A program made the translations under genes and the position numbers. A model generated the notes under the pieces. That model had not been told where the DNA came from. It was given only the letters and a program-made list of their open reading frames with translations, and did no database searches. Of a stretch of DNA of 47,214 nt, positions 9,958 through 22,540 are shown one piece after another. Source of the DNA: Calcarisporiella thermophila CBS 279.70 (Eukaryota; Fungi; Calcarisporiellomycota). The DNA is taken from positions 141,138 to 188,351 of the forward strand of contig NW_027192210.1 of the NCBI RefSeq assembly GCF_041956535.1, read 5' to 3'. Position 1 is the first letter of the stretch. Each line of letters begins with the position of its first letter.

Positions 9958-12465
9958 AAATTGTATTTTATTTCTCTAAGTTTAATGCAGAGTAAATCTA
10001 TGTTCAGAACATTTTCAATTTGAAAAGCTTGCTTTGAAAAGACGAGAATAAACAGGAAGACTTCTTTTGTCAAAACCCAGAAATATAAAGGACATTCAGG
10101 CCTTAAGTTGATGCACCATATGCACACAAAGTGGTAGTAGCCATCAGCTCAAGACTGAAAATGACAAGCGGTAGAGGTGAGTAGCTTTTTCATTTAAAAA
10201 GGTATTATTTACACACCCATTGGAGCTAGGAAAGAAAATCTTCTTGCAATTAAATGAAAAGTGTCTATAACAAGTTGTATTTGACAAAGTCACGGATCGT
10301 ATTACACTTTGTTTTCTTCTCCATTCCCTCCCCAACCAAATAACTCGCTTATCTTTCTATCTCAAACCTACGGAATGGCGGGGCCAGAGAATATAGAGTG
10401 AATTGTGCTCTATATATGAGAAGTGTGGCGAAAGGTATCAGGAGGGGGGCGGAAGAGTGTGGGAGAGATGGTAATTAGTGGAATCAGGTATAACGATTTG
10501 ATACAATCCATTTGCTCTCGCTATAGCTCTGCTTAATCAGAAATGTGTCAATTTGGTGCTATATCTCATACTCGATCGAAAAATTCTGACTATAATTTAT
10601 TAATAGGATTGGTCCTAACGGGAAGAAATGGGCGAAGGGCAACAGGAACTCAAGCTTGCCACGAATTTTGCACAGAATGTATAGGCCGTCGGCCAGTTCC
10701 TTATCCGTGTATGATGTTGGGCATTTGACATTTGGCCTTAGGTATTCAATCCAATTTCACGTGGAAATGTTTAACCCAGAAAGAACGCGGTAATCTTGAC
10801 AGAGCTTGTCTCATCAAGACCGGTACTATCTAACTAATTGAAAAAAAGCCCATAACAGATACAGGGAATGCCGATAAAGGGGAGAGATACCCCTGAAAAA
10901 AAGATGCGCTTTTAATGTCTTATTCACTTGAAGATTAATATTCTCCATCCAGGCCATACAATTTCTCCCACTAAGTTTCAATCCGTCCCGATCTTAACAA
11001 TATATCCTGTAAAGTTTTCCTGGCCACCTCTACCAAAACCCCATCCTAAACCAGATGACGATTCCGCTAAGAATTATGCTCTTCACGACGCTAATGAAGA
11101 ATAATCCCTTTGATAATATCTTGGGTATTGTCTGTAAGTGATTTTGCTAATTGCGTGTACTGTTAACCGCCCGGGCCCCCGTATTATGTTCATCAGCTAT
11201 ATGAACTTCCAGGGTCCCATTGGGGAAACCATTCCTTATGGAAATGGGCTCTATTGATAAATCATCGCTGCGTATAAGGGAACTGAGAATATTTCAAGAG
11301 TTGGCCAGGAATGGCCGCTAATCTTGCACGATATGAAAACAAATTTCAAAGTCAACCTTGACGGTGTCCATCCGAACGATCTAATCCATCACCCCAATTA
11401 TTCCGAGTTTATCTCACTTCACCCTATACATCTTTATCTTTCCGTCAATAAATTTCTCGCTCATCTCATGTGAAATCAAACCATCCTGTTTCTCCTTCAG
11501 ATTATGTACACTTGCGTATATTGCCTCTACCACGTCTAGATCTTTTCTTTTTTCGAGCTTGGTCTTCAGAAGTAAGCCCAGCTTTGCACATGGATATATT
11601 TCCAGAGGATGAAAAATGGGCATGTTTTAATATAGAAGGGTTCACACCATCCTCCGTGAAAAAAAAAACCCTAACTTTTACCTCTCACACCCCATACCCG
11701 ACATTTCTGGGTATTGACAATATTTTTCAAAAAAGATTCTGAGCTCTTTGCTTAGTCCAAATAGCCCGCACTCTACTATTTCTACATCGAGCAAGGGTAT
11801 ATCTAAGACACATATGCCATATCGGTCAACACAAGGTCGTGTATACTATCCTCAACCCAATTTCCCTCTCTGCACAATGGATTAATCACATGGTGGTGAA
11901 TGGCTCTAAATCATAATGCCATCCACCATGACCGTTCACTCAATCTATTTTGCCTTCATTTTTGGACCTGTTTATAAATGATTTATAATGTGGAACACCA
12001 ATCTATTTTCAAACGATGATGGTCACTGAATGTCACGTTGACTCGGAAAAAATAGTAACTGAAAATTTTTATGGGGGAGATTAAGTCAGAAATTCTCGTT
12101 TGTCATTTATTCTATTTTGGAAATAAGCCGAAGATTTCCTGATAACATCACTTTTAAGTAGAACTTGGCTTGTCATTATTTTTTTTTTCTTGGTTTTCTC
12201 CAAGAGCTTTTTCTTCAAACCTGCTTTCTCATCATTCCTCCTTGATTTCTCCTAATTCATTAGCCCAAATAACTTTTCACCACCGCCCACTTCTCTACTT
12301 GAGCCTCGCAGCAAACAGTGTCTTGTAACTAATTATATTCACTTGTAATGGTCGCAAGCATACTCCTTGCTTACAGTACACGCATATATTGAGCTAATCA
12401 CCTCCACATTTTCAACCCATTGTTTATTTATACCACGTCTCTTCTAGAATTGCGCGATTAATACC

Positions 12466-13962
12466 ATGTTGGCAGTCTCTAGCGTGACTGAACTACCAAA
12501 ATCACCACGGCCACCAGCACCTATTAACTCTACCATTTGCCACGCTGCCCTGCGATGTAATCCCATGTCCCCCAGCCACCACCAACACGCTAATACTATC
12601 CATCATCCAGCCAACTCAATCTCCACTTTGTTACAGCGATCATCCCCTTCTGCACCCTTGAATAAGCCATCGGTTAGTGTTGAAAGGCGTAATGAGAGCT
12701 GTAAAGTAGAAGTGAACAAAGGAAATGAGAAGATAGAGGGAAATCAAACGAACGTGGTGGGGTGCTTGCGACTATTCCCTGCGCAAGAATGCTTCCTCCC
12801 TCAAACCAATGTGTCCTCGTCTCCCACACTTCAAAAGATACCTCTTGCTTCTATCCCAGATTCATATGCTCCTCCCCTTCCTCAGCCTCCCCAGAATTCA
12901 TTTTATTATCCTGAGCGCTCCGATATTTCCCTGAACGATAACTATGACCAGACAGCCTTATCCAATATATTCTACAACACTTGCTCTCCGCGGGACCTCC
13001 TCGGCCACACTTTACATCCTGAGTTTGTTCAAAAATACGAACTCGGTCAAGAGCTTGGAAGTGGCGGATTCGGTTTTGTGCTTGCCGCGCGCCGCATTTC
13101 TGACTCTTGTGAGGTGGCTGTCAAGTTCATCACGCGCGACCGCGTCCCTTCGCGAAATTGGATTTGGGACCCAACCCTGTGTGTCGAAGTGCCCATCGAA
13201 ATTTTTGTGCTGCAACGAGTCGAGCACCCTGCGATCGTCAAATACCTAGATTCCTACTGGGACGATCGCTTTTTTTACCTGGTAATGGAGTTGCATGGAA
13301 AGACATGGTCTTCTCCGCATTCGGGCACGCTCGAAAGCCGATCGTATGGTAATGATGCCGTACCCACTGAAGAGGTACAGCCTGTATTCATGGAACGACG
13401 TGGCTCATGTGATCTTTTTGAATGCATCGAGCAACACCGCCATTTTCCTGAGCACCAGGCACGTCATATCTTTCGCCAGATCGTAGAGTGCGTGGCCTAC
13501 CTCGATAGTGTGGGGGTGTGTCACCGAGATCTCAAGGATGAAAATATCGTCATCGACGCTGCGCTACGGGTCAAGCTAGTGGACTTTGGGTCGGCCATCT
13601 CGTTCACTCCCAGCTCACACCCATTCAACAAGCAGAAAATGTGGCTGGATAGGTTCTATGGAACGGTAGAGTACGCTTCCCCCGAAATCCTATTAGGACA
13701 GAAATATTATGCGCCGGCTGCGGAGGTATGGGCACTTGGCGTGTTGTTATATTTACTTTTGCATGGCCAGCCCCCCTTCCAGGATCCCTATCAAGCTGTG
13801 TATGAACCCTACGATAAACGGAAGGCGGTGAGTGAGTCGTGCGAAAATCTGTTGTTGAGAATGCTGGAGAAGCGGCCCGAAAAGCGAGTCACTGTGAAAG
13901 AGGTACTGCTGCATCCATGGCTGGCGGAGGACGAGACACCCGCTGAATTAATTGAGTTATAA
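12466..13962 (+). CDS. Ser/Thr protein kinase, PIM/PAS-kinase-like (CAMK group)
   Basis: GSGGFG, VAVK, VPIEIFVL, HRDLKDEN, DFGSA, GTVEYASPE, VWALG. Pro/Ser-rich N-terminus; uninterrupted 498-aa ORF. Confidence 0.93.
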   Translation: MLAVSSVTELPKSPRPPAPINSTICHAALRCNPMSPSHHQHANTIHHPANSISTLLQRSSPSAPLNKPSVSVERRNESCKVEVNKGNEKIEGNQTNVVGCLRLFPAQECFLPQTNVSSSPTLQKIPLASIPDSYAPPLPQPPQNSFYYPERSDISLNDNYDQTALSNIFYNTCSPRDLLGHTLHPEFVQKYELGQELGSGGFGFVLAARRISDSCEVAVKFITRDRVPSRNWIWDPTLCVEVPIEIFVLQRVEHPAIVKYLDSYWDDRFFYLVMELHGKTWSSPHSGTLESRSYGNDAVPTEEVQPVFMERRGSCDLFECIEQHRHFPEHQARHIFRQIVECVAYLDSVGVCHRDLKDENIVIDAALRVKLVDFGSAISFTPSSHPFNKQKMWLDRFYGTVEYASPEILLGQKYYAPAAEVWALGVLLYLLLHGQPPFQDPYQAVYEPYDKRKAVSESCENLLLRMLEKRPEKRVTVKEVLLHPWLAEDETPAELIEL

Positions 13963-14447
13963 TCCTATTCATTTGTTGAGAACCTATTTACCTGCTATTT
14001 CCTCTTCAGTTATTATTCTTCAACCATGGCAAAGTATATATACGCATTCTTTTCGGCTTTTTCTTTCTATTGTGAATTTTTTGAGACATCCTTTTCTTTT
14101 TTTTTCCCTTTATCTTGCATAACATTCTTATTCGTTTTCTTTCATATTACGATATTATGTAGCATTATATGTAGTAATATATCTTTTATGCTTGCATGTT
14201 TTATCTTTTATTATTTTCTTTAGCAACCTTTCATCTCACAATAAAAAGATTTCTACTCTTGGCTAATTTGGCACGCAAAAATCTTTGGAATAATTTTTTT
14301 TGGCTATTTTGAGCTCCTATCTCAGCTCCTAAATTAAGTTTTATACTCTTTTTTTTAGGTTGCCTCTCTCGATATCTCTATTTGTTTTCTTTGATTTCCT
14401 ACTGCTCAACCTATATTTCGCGGGAGGATATTAATGCCTATAGAATA

Positions 14448-15629
14448 ATGTCAGAGCCTTCTCTTTCGCCTGAACTTCGTGAGGCACTGTTTTCTCTCCA
14501 CCGTGAACTGTGCGTCCTAGATTCCAGTCATGGCCAAGAGCATCTGGTGGCATCATTTCTGGAGTCATATTTAACCAAGAAAGGCTATGTTGTCCAGCGC
14601 CAACTCGTCCATGCTCCCTCTTCTGAGAATCCCCATCCTCGCGAGAATATTTTCGCTCACATGCCTGCGAATTCTAACCCTCGACTGTTGCTCTGCTCGC
14701 ACATGGATGTCGTCAAACCTTACATTCCATTCAGCGATAAGGGGGATTGGGTTTATGGAAGAGGTACAGCCGATGCTAAAGCAAGCGTGGCATGTCAGAT
14801 TATTGCAGCCGAGCTGGTGATGAAAATGGGTATCCGTGCTGAAGATGTAGGATTTTTGTATACAGTTGACGAGGAGTCAGGATTTACTGGGATCAATAAG
14901 GCAAATGAGCTGGATATCCGGCCCGACTTTATTATTGTTGGTAACGAAAGTTCTTATATGGCAGCTATAGAGGAATGGTACAACAGAATAATCTGTTTTC
15001 TTTATTTCCCGATCCCGTTAGGTGAACCTACGGAAAATAAACTGGCCATTGGCCACAAAGGCGTTTATGGATTCTACGTCGACATTACTGGTGTTCCCTC
15101 GCATAGCGGCTACCCAGAACAAGGCAAGAGTGCTATCAAGGCACTCGCAAGCATCATAGATGCGCTCCAGTCCACTCAATGGCCTATCGATAAACATTTC
15201 GGCCCAACGGTCATTAATATTGCGCGAGTGAATGGAGGAATTGCACCCAACATCGTACCGGCGAAGGCGTGGCTCGAGGTTAGCATGCGAATATCTGTAC
15301 CCATGTCTGAAATCAGGCCGCTGGTCGAGCGCGTGCTCCAATCGGTTCCGCTCGAAGGTGGCGTCAAGACTGAGCTGACGATACGCAAGGCCCCACTCTG
15401 GGATCCAGTACCTTGCGATGTTGTGGAAGGTTTCGAAACAATGGTCGCAGGTTTCTTCACGGACCTTCCGTTTTTTGCGCCTGGTGGGCACATTCCGAAG
15501 AGATATCTCATCGGACCCGGTTCGATACTAGTTGCGCATGGGGAAGGGGAGTGTATAAGTAGAGAGGAGATGGCCGAGGCCGTTGGACTCTACGTGAAAC
15601 TTATCCGGCAACTGTTGGCAGAGAAGTGA
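14448..15629 (+). CDS. M20A metallopeptidase (ArgE/DapE-like)
   Basis: SHMDVV, GRGTADAKAS, DEE, GEPT, GPGSILVAH metal-ligand motifs. One in-frame 81-nt intron at 14941-15021. Confidence 0.92.
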   Translation: MSEPSLSPELREALFSLHRELCVLDSSHGQEHLVASFLESYLTKKGYVVQRQLVHAPSSENPHPRENIFAHMPANSNPRLLLCSHMDVVKPYIPFSDKGDWVYGRGTADAKASVACQIIAAELVMKMGIRAEDVGFLYTVDEESGFTGINKANELDIRPDFIIVGNESSYMAAIEEWYNRIICFLYFPIPLGEPTENKLAIGHKGVYGFYVDITGVPSHSGYPEQGKSAIKALASIIDALQSTQWPIDKHFGPTVINIARVNGGIAPNIVPAKAWLEVSMRISVPMSEIRPLVERVLQSVPLEGGVKTELTIRKAPLWDPVPCDVVEGFETMVAGFFTDLPFFAPGGHIPKRYLIGPGSILVAHGEGECISREEMAEAVGLYVKLIRQLLAEK

Positions 15630-15929
15630 GAATGGCCCAGAGTTAAGGGCATGCGATATTAATAAATGTTCGCCAATTATATAGAGGAGGTTTGCTACCT
15701 CTCTCCCTTTCTAGCCCTCCGCCTCTATACAGCGTAATTTTTCCTCACTGCTATCTCCGCAATAAAGAGGGTGGCAAAATCTCATTGAATTTATGTGCAA
15801 CAATGTCGTTGGGAAATTCAAAGCTCCCGAGTTCATTTATTTAAAACAAAAAATAACAAAAACTCGATTGATAGTTCAATTGGATTCACGCTAATAATCA
15901 GACATATTGCTTACTAATACTTCATTCTG

Positions 15930-18583
15930 ATGAGGCTTACTATCTGTGTCTGTATCTATCTGGTACTATCCACCTTGGACTCAGTCCATGGTTTGCCATT
16001 CAACATTCCATTCCTAGGCCCGTACAAACCCCAGACTGGCTTTAGGCCAGAAGAGATCATTTTGAATACTCCTAATAGTGCGGCAGCTAAAGACACTTTT
16101 TCGTACTATACAAGCGGTGTAGCTCTCGCAGGATTGAATCGATCCCAGGCTGAATGGTAAAAAGCGTTTAGTCACGCGTGAGAATTTTAGTATAGGAACT
16201 GGACTTATTATTAGTATTCATTATTAGGACATATAACAAGTTCAAGGAATATGGCCTGGAGGCTAAAATCGAAAGCTATTACCCATATTTAAATTATCCC
16301 AAAGAGAGAAGGCTGGCCATTGTAGAGCCAGAAGATCTCAGGTACGAGGCCACGTTGAGGGAGGCGATTGTGGTCGAGGATCCTACCTCAATAATGCAAG
16401 ATGCTGTTCCAACATTCCATGGGTTAAGTGCTAGAGGTGATGTTACGGCTGAACTAGGTGAGTGTGATGTTATCTACCGAATCTCACTCTATCTGCCGTG
16501 TGAGGGGACACTCAGATGCTGAATCTCGCTCCTAAAAACGCGTTTATTTTATAGTTTATACGAACTATGGACGTTGGGAAGATCACGAGTGGCTGAAAGA
16601 AAAGGGGGTCAATCTTACAGGAAAAATATGTATTGCACGATACGGTCATGTATTCCGCTCGATTAAGGTAAATTACCACCATGCATGGTGCTAGATAGCG
16701 CAAAACTAATTCATATTGTATTTTCTTTCAGCTGAGGAACTGCCAGGTGAACGGCGGAATCGGTACCATTATCTACTCCGACCCTGCAGATGATGGGCCT
16801 GTTGGCAAGGAAGGGGATGCCTATCCTGAAGGCCCGTGGCGTAACAAAAACTCAGTGCAGCGGGGTAGTGTCCATTACTCTATGCTGGGGCTAGGAGATC
16901 CACTCACCCCAGGCTATCCTGCCACCAAAAACGCAAAGCGACTCTCCCCAGAAGAAAGCCCATACCTCACCAAAATACCCTCTCTTCCGATTTCTTGGGC
17001 GGACGCGGAACCGCTCCTGCGGTCATTGGAGGGCTATGGTGTTAAAGTAGACTTAAAAGAGTGGAAAGGAGGGCTCGACATCAGTTACTGGACGGGGCCA
17101 TCTGCCGCAAAAGTGAATCTAAAAAATGTAGTGGAAGGCAAGGTGACAGAGATTTGGAATGTAATTGCTCGCATTCCTGGTACAGAGGAGCCCGATCGGT
17201 AAGATAAAGTTACGGTCTTTCAAACAAGTTTTGGGAAGATGAAACGCTAACGCTCCAGGATTTAGAGTAATTATCATCGGAAATCACCGTGATACCTGGG
17301 GGTGAATGTTTTTTTTTGATCGATATACTTGCAGATAGAGCAGTTACCACAATTTTCTTTATATTGTGTTTTGTAGGTTTGGAGGCGCTGATCCACATTC
17401 TGGATCAGCTCCGTTGTTAGAAACGGCGCGTAGTTTTGGCAAATTATTGGAAATGGGCTGGCGTCCAAAACGTACGATTGTATTCGCCTCTTGGGATGCC
17501 GAAGAGTATGGCATTATCGGTAATGAAAGAAGATAAATCGAGTCCAGATCTATATGTATAGCTAGCTGACTGCCCTATTTCCATATTCGTATAGGCTCCA
17601 CCGAATGGGTCGAAGATCACCAAGATTTCCTTAGAAAGAATGCAATAGCATACATTAACATGGATGTGGCTGTTACTGGTCCCAATTTTGCACCTTCCAG
17701 CGTTCCCACTCTCCACGATCTGATCCGACGAACTGTTGCAAAAATCACTGATCCTCGCACTGGAAATACGGTATTGGATGCATGGAGGGAGCGGGATGGT
17801 AATATGACAATAAAATCTCTGGGAGCAGGGAGCGATTTTGGGCCATTTTTAGATTACATCGGTATCGGTTCCATGGATATGAGATTCTCTGGAAAATATG
17901 GGGTATACCATTCTAACTACGATAGCTATCACTGGATGGAAAAGTTTGGAGGTTGGCTATCTATATAGCAGGACTCTTCCGAGTCTACTAGAAGTACTCA
18001 CTTTCTCATATATTTATGACCTTTAAATACGATAGATCCAAACTTCGATTATATGCCCACGCTGGCAAAAATTATAGGTCTCATGACACTTGAGCTTGCA
18101 GACTTGGACATTCTTCCATTTAATGTGTCACGGTATCCTCCTGCCATGCTCTCGTACACCGATAATCTTGACAAACTGGTCGCAAAATACTCCGCGGATC
18201 CGAGAGACAAACCTGTCGAGTTTACAGAACTTCGGCATGCCATTCATGTATTCGCACAAGCCACGAAACCACTTGCTAAGGAAATAGACGATTTGAGAGA
18301 GAAGAAAGATAGGAAGAGCGACGGCTGGGCTGAAAGAGTGAGGAGAGTGAATGAGCGTCTTATCCAGGTGGAGCGCGGATTTATCGACCCAAGGGGACTC
18401 CCAAAAAGGCCACTCTTCAAGCACCAATTGTACGCAACGGGAATTCGTTACGGCTATGACGTGCAGTATTTTCCAGCGATCGCAGACCACATTGAAGAAA
18501 AAGAGTGGGAGCAGGCGAAAGTCGCACAGCGCAGGATAGCAGATCTCCTGCGTTCCTCCGCTGAGCTCTTGGCTAGACCATGA
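15930..18583 (+). CDS. Glutamate carboxypeptidase II-like M28B peptidase (PA + M28 + TfR-dimer domains), copy 1
   Basis: Signal peptide, [66 protein letters not shown]. Confidence 0.95.
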
Positions 18584-19054
18584 GCGATACGCACATCAAT
18601 ATCAGTATCAAGAACTGTACTTTTTCGTAAATTTATCAACCTTAAATGACTTTGGATTTGTATAAATAATTTCTTTTAAAGAATATGTTCCTTGTGCCTA
18701 TTGAATAAAGCGTGGGATAAACCATATCTTATTTTTAATGTAGCCCAGTAATATTTTTTCAAACACCCTTCTGTACATTACATTCCGCCAATTGAATTTT
18801 ATTCCTTTCACTTCTAATTATATAGCAGTTAGTAGTAAAATCTGACATTCTTCATTCATTGTGGAAAATTTTTTACTCCTCTAGAAGAGTTTTCATCTTT
18901 TCCCCAAGGTGAGACTGATGATCATTTGAAAAAAAAAAGGGTACTAAAAAATTAAATACTAAATATATATTTAGAAATAAATTACGTGATTTAAAAAACA
19001 AAGGTTGAATAATTAGCATTAACCATAAATAAAGATTAGACTTTATTCAATTCA

Positions 19055-22000
19055 TCAATAAATAGGTCGATTTTCTTTACTGATTCCGAGATATACAGGA
19101 GGTTTCTTTGGGAAGATTGAGAGGGACTTTTGTAATGCCCACATTTTCCAGCTATCACAGGCATCAATAGCCAATTTGATTTTCTCTATACTCTCATGTA
19201 AGGAGCCTACCGTATTTTCTTGAATGGCCAGTGCTCGTTTATACGTGGACCTCGCACTATCATAAGCTCGCTCGAAATAATACACATTGGCAATATCCAT
19301 TAGAGATTCGGACGTGTCTAGGTGCTCGGTGCCTAAATTTTCCTCTCTAATGGCAAGCGCACGTTCATAGCGTAACATTGCTTTGTCGTATATTTTCAGC
19401 TGATAGTAACAGCCGGCAAGATTGCGAAGAGAAATAACCAAATCTAAGTGTTTGGAATTCTGTTGTTTCTCTCTAATGTTTAGGGCTCGTTCATACAGAG
19501 GCAGTGCTTTTTCGTATTCATCTCGTTCATAGTGAATGTTGGCCAAGTCATTTAGAATTGGGGCGGTGTCCGGATGCATGAATCCCAGTTGGCTCTCTCT
19601 TATTGCAAGTGCACGCTCATAGTGGGGTTTGGCTAAATTTGATCCAGGTCGGATGCAACACAAATGAGCAAGATCGACAAGCGATATTGCCGTATCCAAA
19701 TTTTTTGTTCCTAGTTTGTCTTCTCGAATGTCCAATATTCGTGAATAAAACGCCTTTGCTTTGTCATAGCAGTCCTACTGCCAAAAATACAAGTTGGCGA
19801 TGTTGCGCAGAGATACCACTAACTCAAGGGACCTTTTTCCCAGAATTCTCTCCCTGATCTCCAGTGCTCGTATGTAGAGTGGCTCAGCACCGCAATAGTC
19901 CTTTCGAATATAATGTATGTTAGCCAGTGCATTCAAAGATATCGCTGTGTCTGGATGCTCTTCTCCCAGTTTTTCCCTTCTAATCGCCAGTGCCCACTTG
20001 TAGAGTGGATCTGCTTTGTCGTACTCTTTTCGCTCAAAATATATGTTGGCAAGTGCGTTTAATGAGGTTGCTATAATCGGATGTTCAGCCAATGACGTAT
20101 CTGTAATTGATAGTACTTGTAGAAAATGCTCCTCGGCTTTGTCGTATCGTTCTCTCCGGCTATAGTACAGGATGCCAAGCTTGTGCAGAATAATCGCCGT
20201 GTCAGGATTACTAGGCCCCAATCTTATCTTCCTAATCGCCAGCGCTCGCTTGTAAAGCGGTTCAGCCTTTTCAAAATGTTCCTGTATAAAGTAAATATTA
20301 GTGAGCTGATACAAGGTTGATTCCGTATCCAGATGCGCTGGCCCTAGCTTTTTATCTCTGACTTCAAGTGCACGTTTGTAGAGAGGTATTGCTTTATTGT
20401 AATCGCTTTGTTCACCATATAGCTCGGCAAGACCATGCATGGCGGCTGCAGTGTCTAGACGCTCGCACACTGTTTCGTTTACATTCATTGATAAGACATC
20501 TCTATAGTGCTTCTCAGCCTTAGTGAAATTTCCCATTTTCTTATAGACGCAAGCAAGATTATTCATAAGTCCAACTGTATTTGGATGCTGGGGTGCAGAG
20601 ATTTTCTCTTGAATCGCAAGCGCCAATTTATAGAGCGATTTCGCTCTAACATACTCGCGCATATTACAATTGAGTCTGGTTAAAGTGTTTAGTGCTATAA
20701 CAGTATCGTCACTTTCAAAATTAAAAGCCCTCTCGGCAATCGCCATTGCATGACTATAGAGTGAAAGGGCATCTAGATCTTTGCCGAGATTTCTGATAAG
20801 AAACGTGATGTTCTCTGACGATATATTTTGACTCTGATCATTAAGATGAAATTTACTCTCTTGGATCGATAAAGCGCGCTGGTAGAGGTGTTTCACCTTC
20901 TCGATGTCTTCTAATTTGTGGAAGAATAATCCCACATCATACAAATTTACCGCCATAATAGAATACTCAGTACTATATGATGCTTTGGAAAGGGAAATCC
21001 AAATACCAAGCTGTTCTATTTCAATGTGCGACTCATTTTCTACCAGGAATCGGACCGTTGAATTAAGTAGGCTCCAAAGAGGTTTCACTACAGCCAGCCT
21101 GTAGCCAGTTTCTCCCAAGAATTCTGTGAAATGTTGAACGTGTGGCACGATTAGGTCCATAATCTCTCGTTTGCATGGTGAGTGGGAATCTGTACTCTCG
21201 AATATATCATTAAGCGCGCAGGCGAGATGACTCACCCAGTAATCTTTTCGTTCATTCTCCATCGAGTTGTAAATCTCTTTTTGGATTAAAGGAAGCATAG
21301 ATAAGAGCTCTCTTGATCCAGTCTCCTCTTCACAGTTTATCTCTATCAAGCTTGTCGATACGAGATAATTTCTCTTAAGCGTTTCAATAGCGACAGCTAT
21401 TTCCGATATGAAATCTGCGGGTGGCGAAGATAGGATATGTGTAGTCGAACCAACTTCATAAACAAATTACCGGCTTTTGAGGAGCCATATGGGGATATCA
21501 TTTGGGTGAATAAAGGCGCATAGTTCTAGTACTTGCACTGCCAATGTGTTTTGTTCTCGTAATTTTGCAAAAATACTTTCGAAAGCGGCCGCTATAGTGT
21601 GCTTATAAAAGAGTGCACTAGTGGCATTTTCAGACTGGGGAGGAAGGGTGCGGATTTCCATGTGCAAGTTGCTATCGGCCCAGAAGGAGTTTTTCAAGTA
21701 CTCTCGAGCACGGTCGATCGCCAGTGGAACCAGATCTAGCTTTGTCACAACTTTAAGTGTATCTTAGAAACGCTGGCTGCTCCAATCTGTGATTTTGAAT
21801 CGCAGCAGAAGAGAGACCGCCTCATCCTCGCGCATAGCTCCGACCTTGACGCGCATTACGTTCCACAGCCCTAGCTCTCCGTGTAGATACTCGCAGGCAG
21901 AAATCAAGATGTCTCCACCTTTGCATGATCCAAAAAGCAAGTCGGATAATTTCCTGAAAGTAGCGTTGTCGATATTATCCAAAAGAAGCAGCCATCTTTT

Positions 22001-22540
22001 CCTGCAATTCTCCTGCAACCATAAGCGCACCCAGTTAATGGAATGGCCCTCATTAGCCTCTCGTTCGGTCGGATTAAGTCCGAGCTGTATAGCCAAGTCG
22101 CGGAAAGCTTCAACTGTAGTCTCCCAATCATCTGCCTGAAGCCAGAAAGCATAATCATATACACCATGGTTGGCATTATGGCAGTACCATAGCATCAGTT
22201 GAGACTTCCCCATTCCTTTGAGCCCATTGAGGACCAGAAATTTGCAACCGGCAGACGACTTCGGGTCGAATACATCTACAAATTTTTTCTGTAGACTTGG
22301 CCGCTCAACGTAACTATGATTCATGCGAGGTATTCGGAAGCGCTCTTTCGGAGGAAGGTTACCTAGCGATGCGAGTCCTGTGGAAACGGATTTGAATATT
22401 GTCCCCGCCCTGTGAGCTCCAAAGACTTGGTATTGCTACTTACCAATGTAGGTATCTCTTGATACGTGTATATTTCCCCCAATCATTACCCCACCCGTTT
22501 TAACATGTACTCCTTCAAAATCGAAAGATTGCGATGCCAT
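19055..22540 (-). pseudogene. Fungal NLR-like NB-ARC-TPR gene with three in-frame premature stops
   Basis: P-loop GLKGMGKSQL, Walker B WLLLLDNID, GxP-type LDLVPLAI, and more than 12 42-aa TPRs. The four ORF-track segments share one frame and are separated by TAA 21764-66, TAA 21467-69 and TAG 19775-77. Exon 1 is 22444-22540. Confidence 0.88.

Noticed and set aside
10000-12400. Short ORFs and small palindromes upstream of the kinase
   Set aside because: No recognisable coding, RNA or repeat signal; treated as ordinary intergenic/regulatory DNA.
19775-21766. TAA/TAG codon reassignment explaining the NLR stops
   Set aside because: Other genes in the window (kinase, ERD2, ubiquitin, GCPII copies) end normally at TAA/TAG and have no internal TAR codons.
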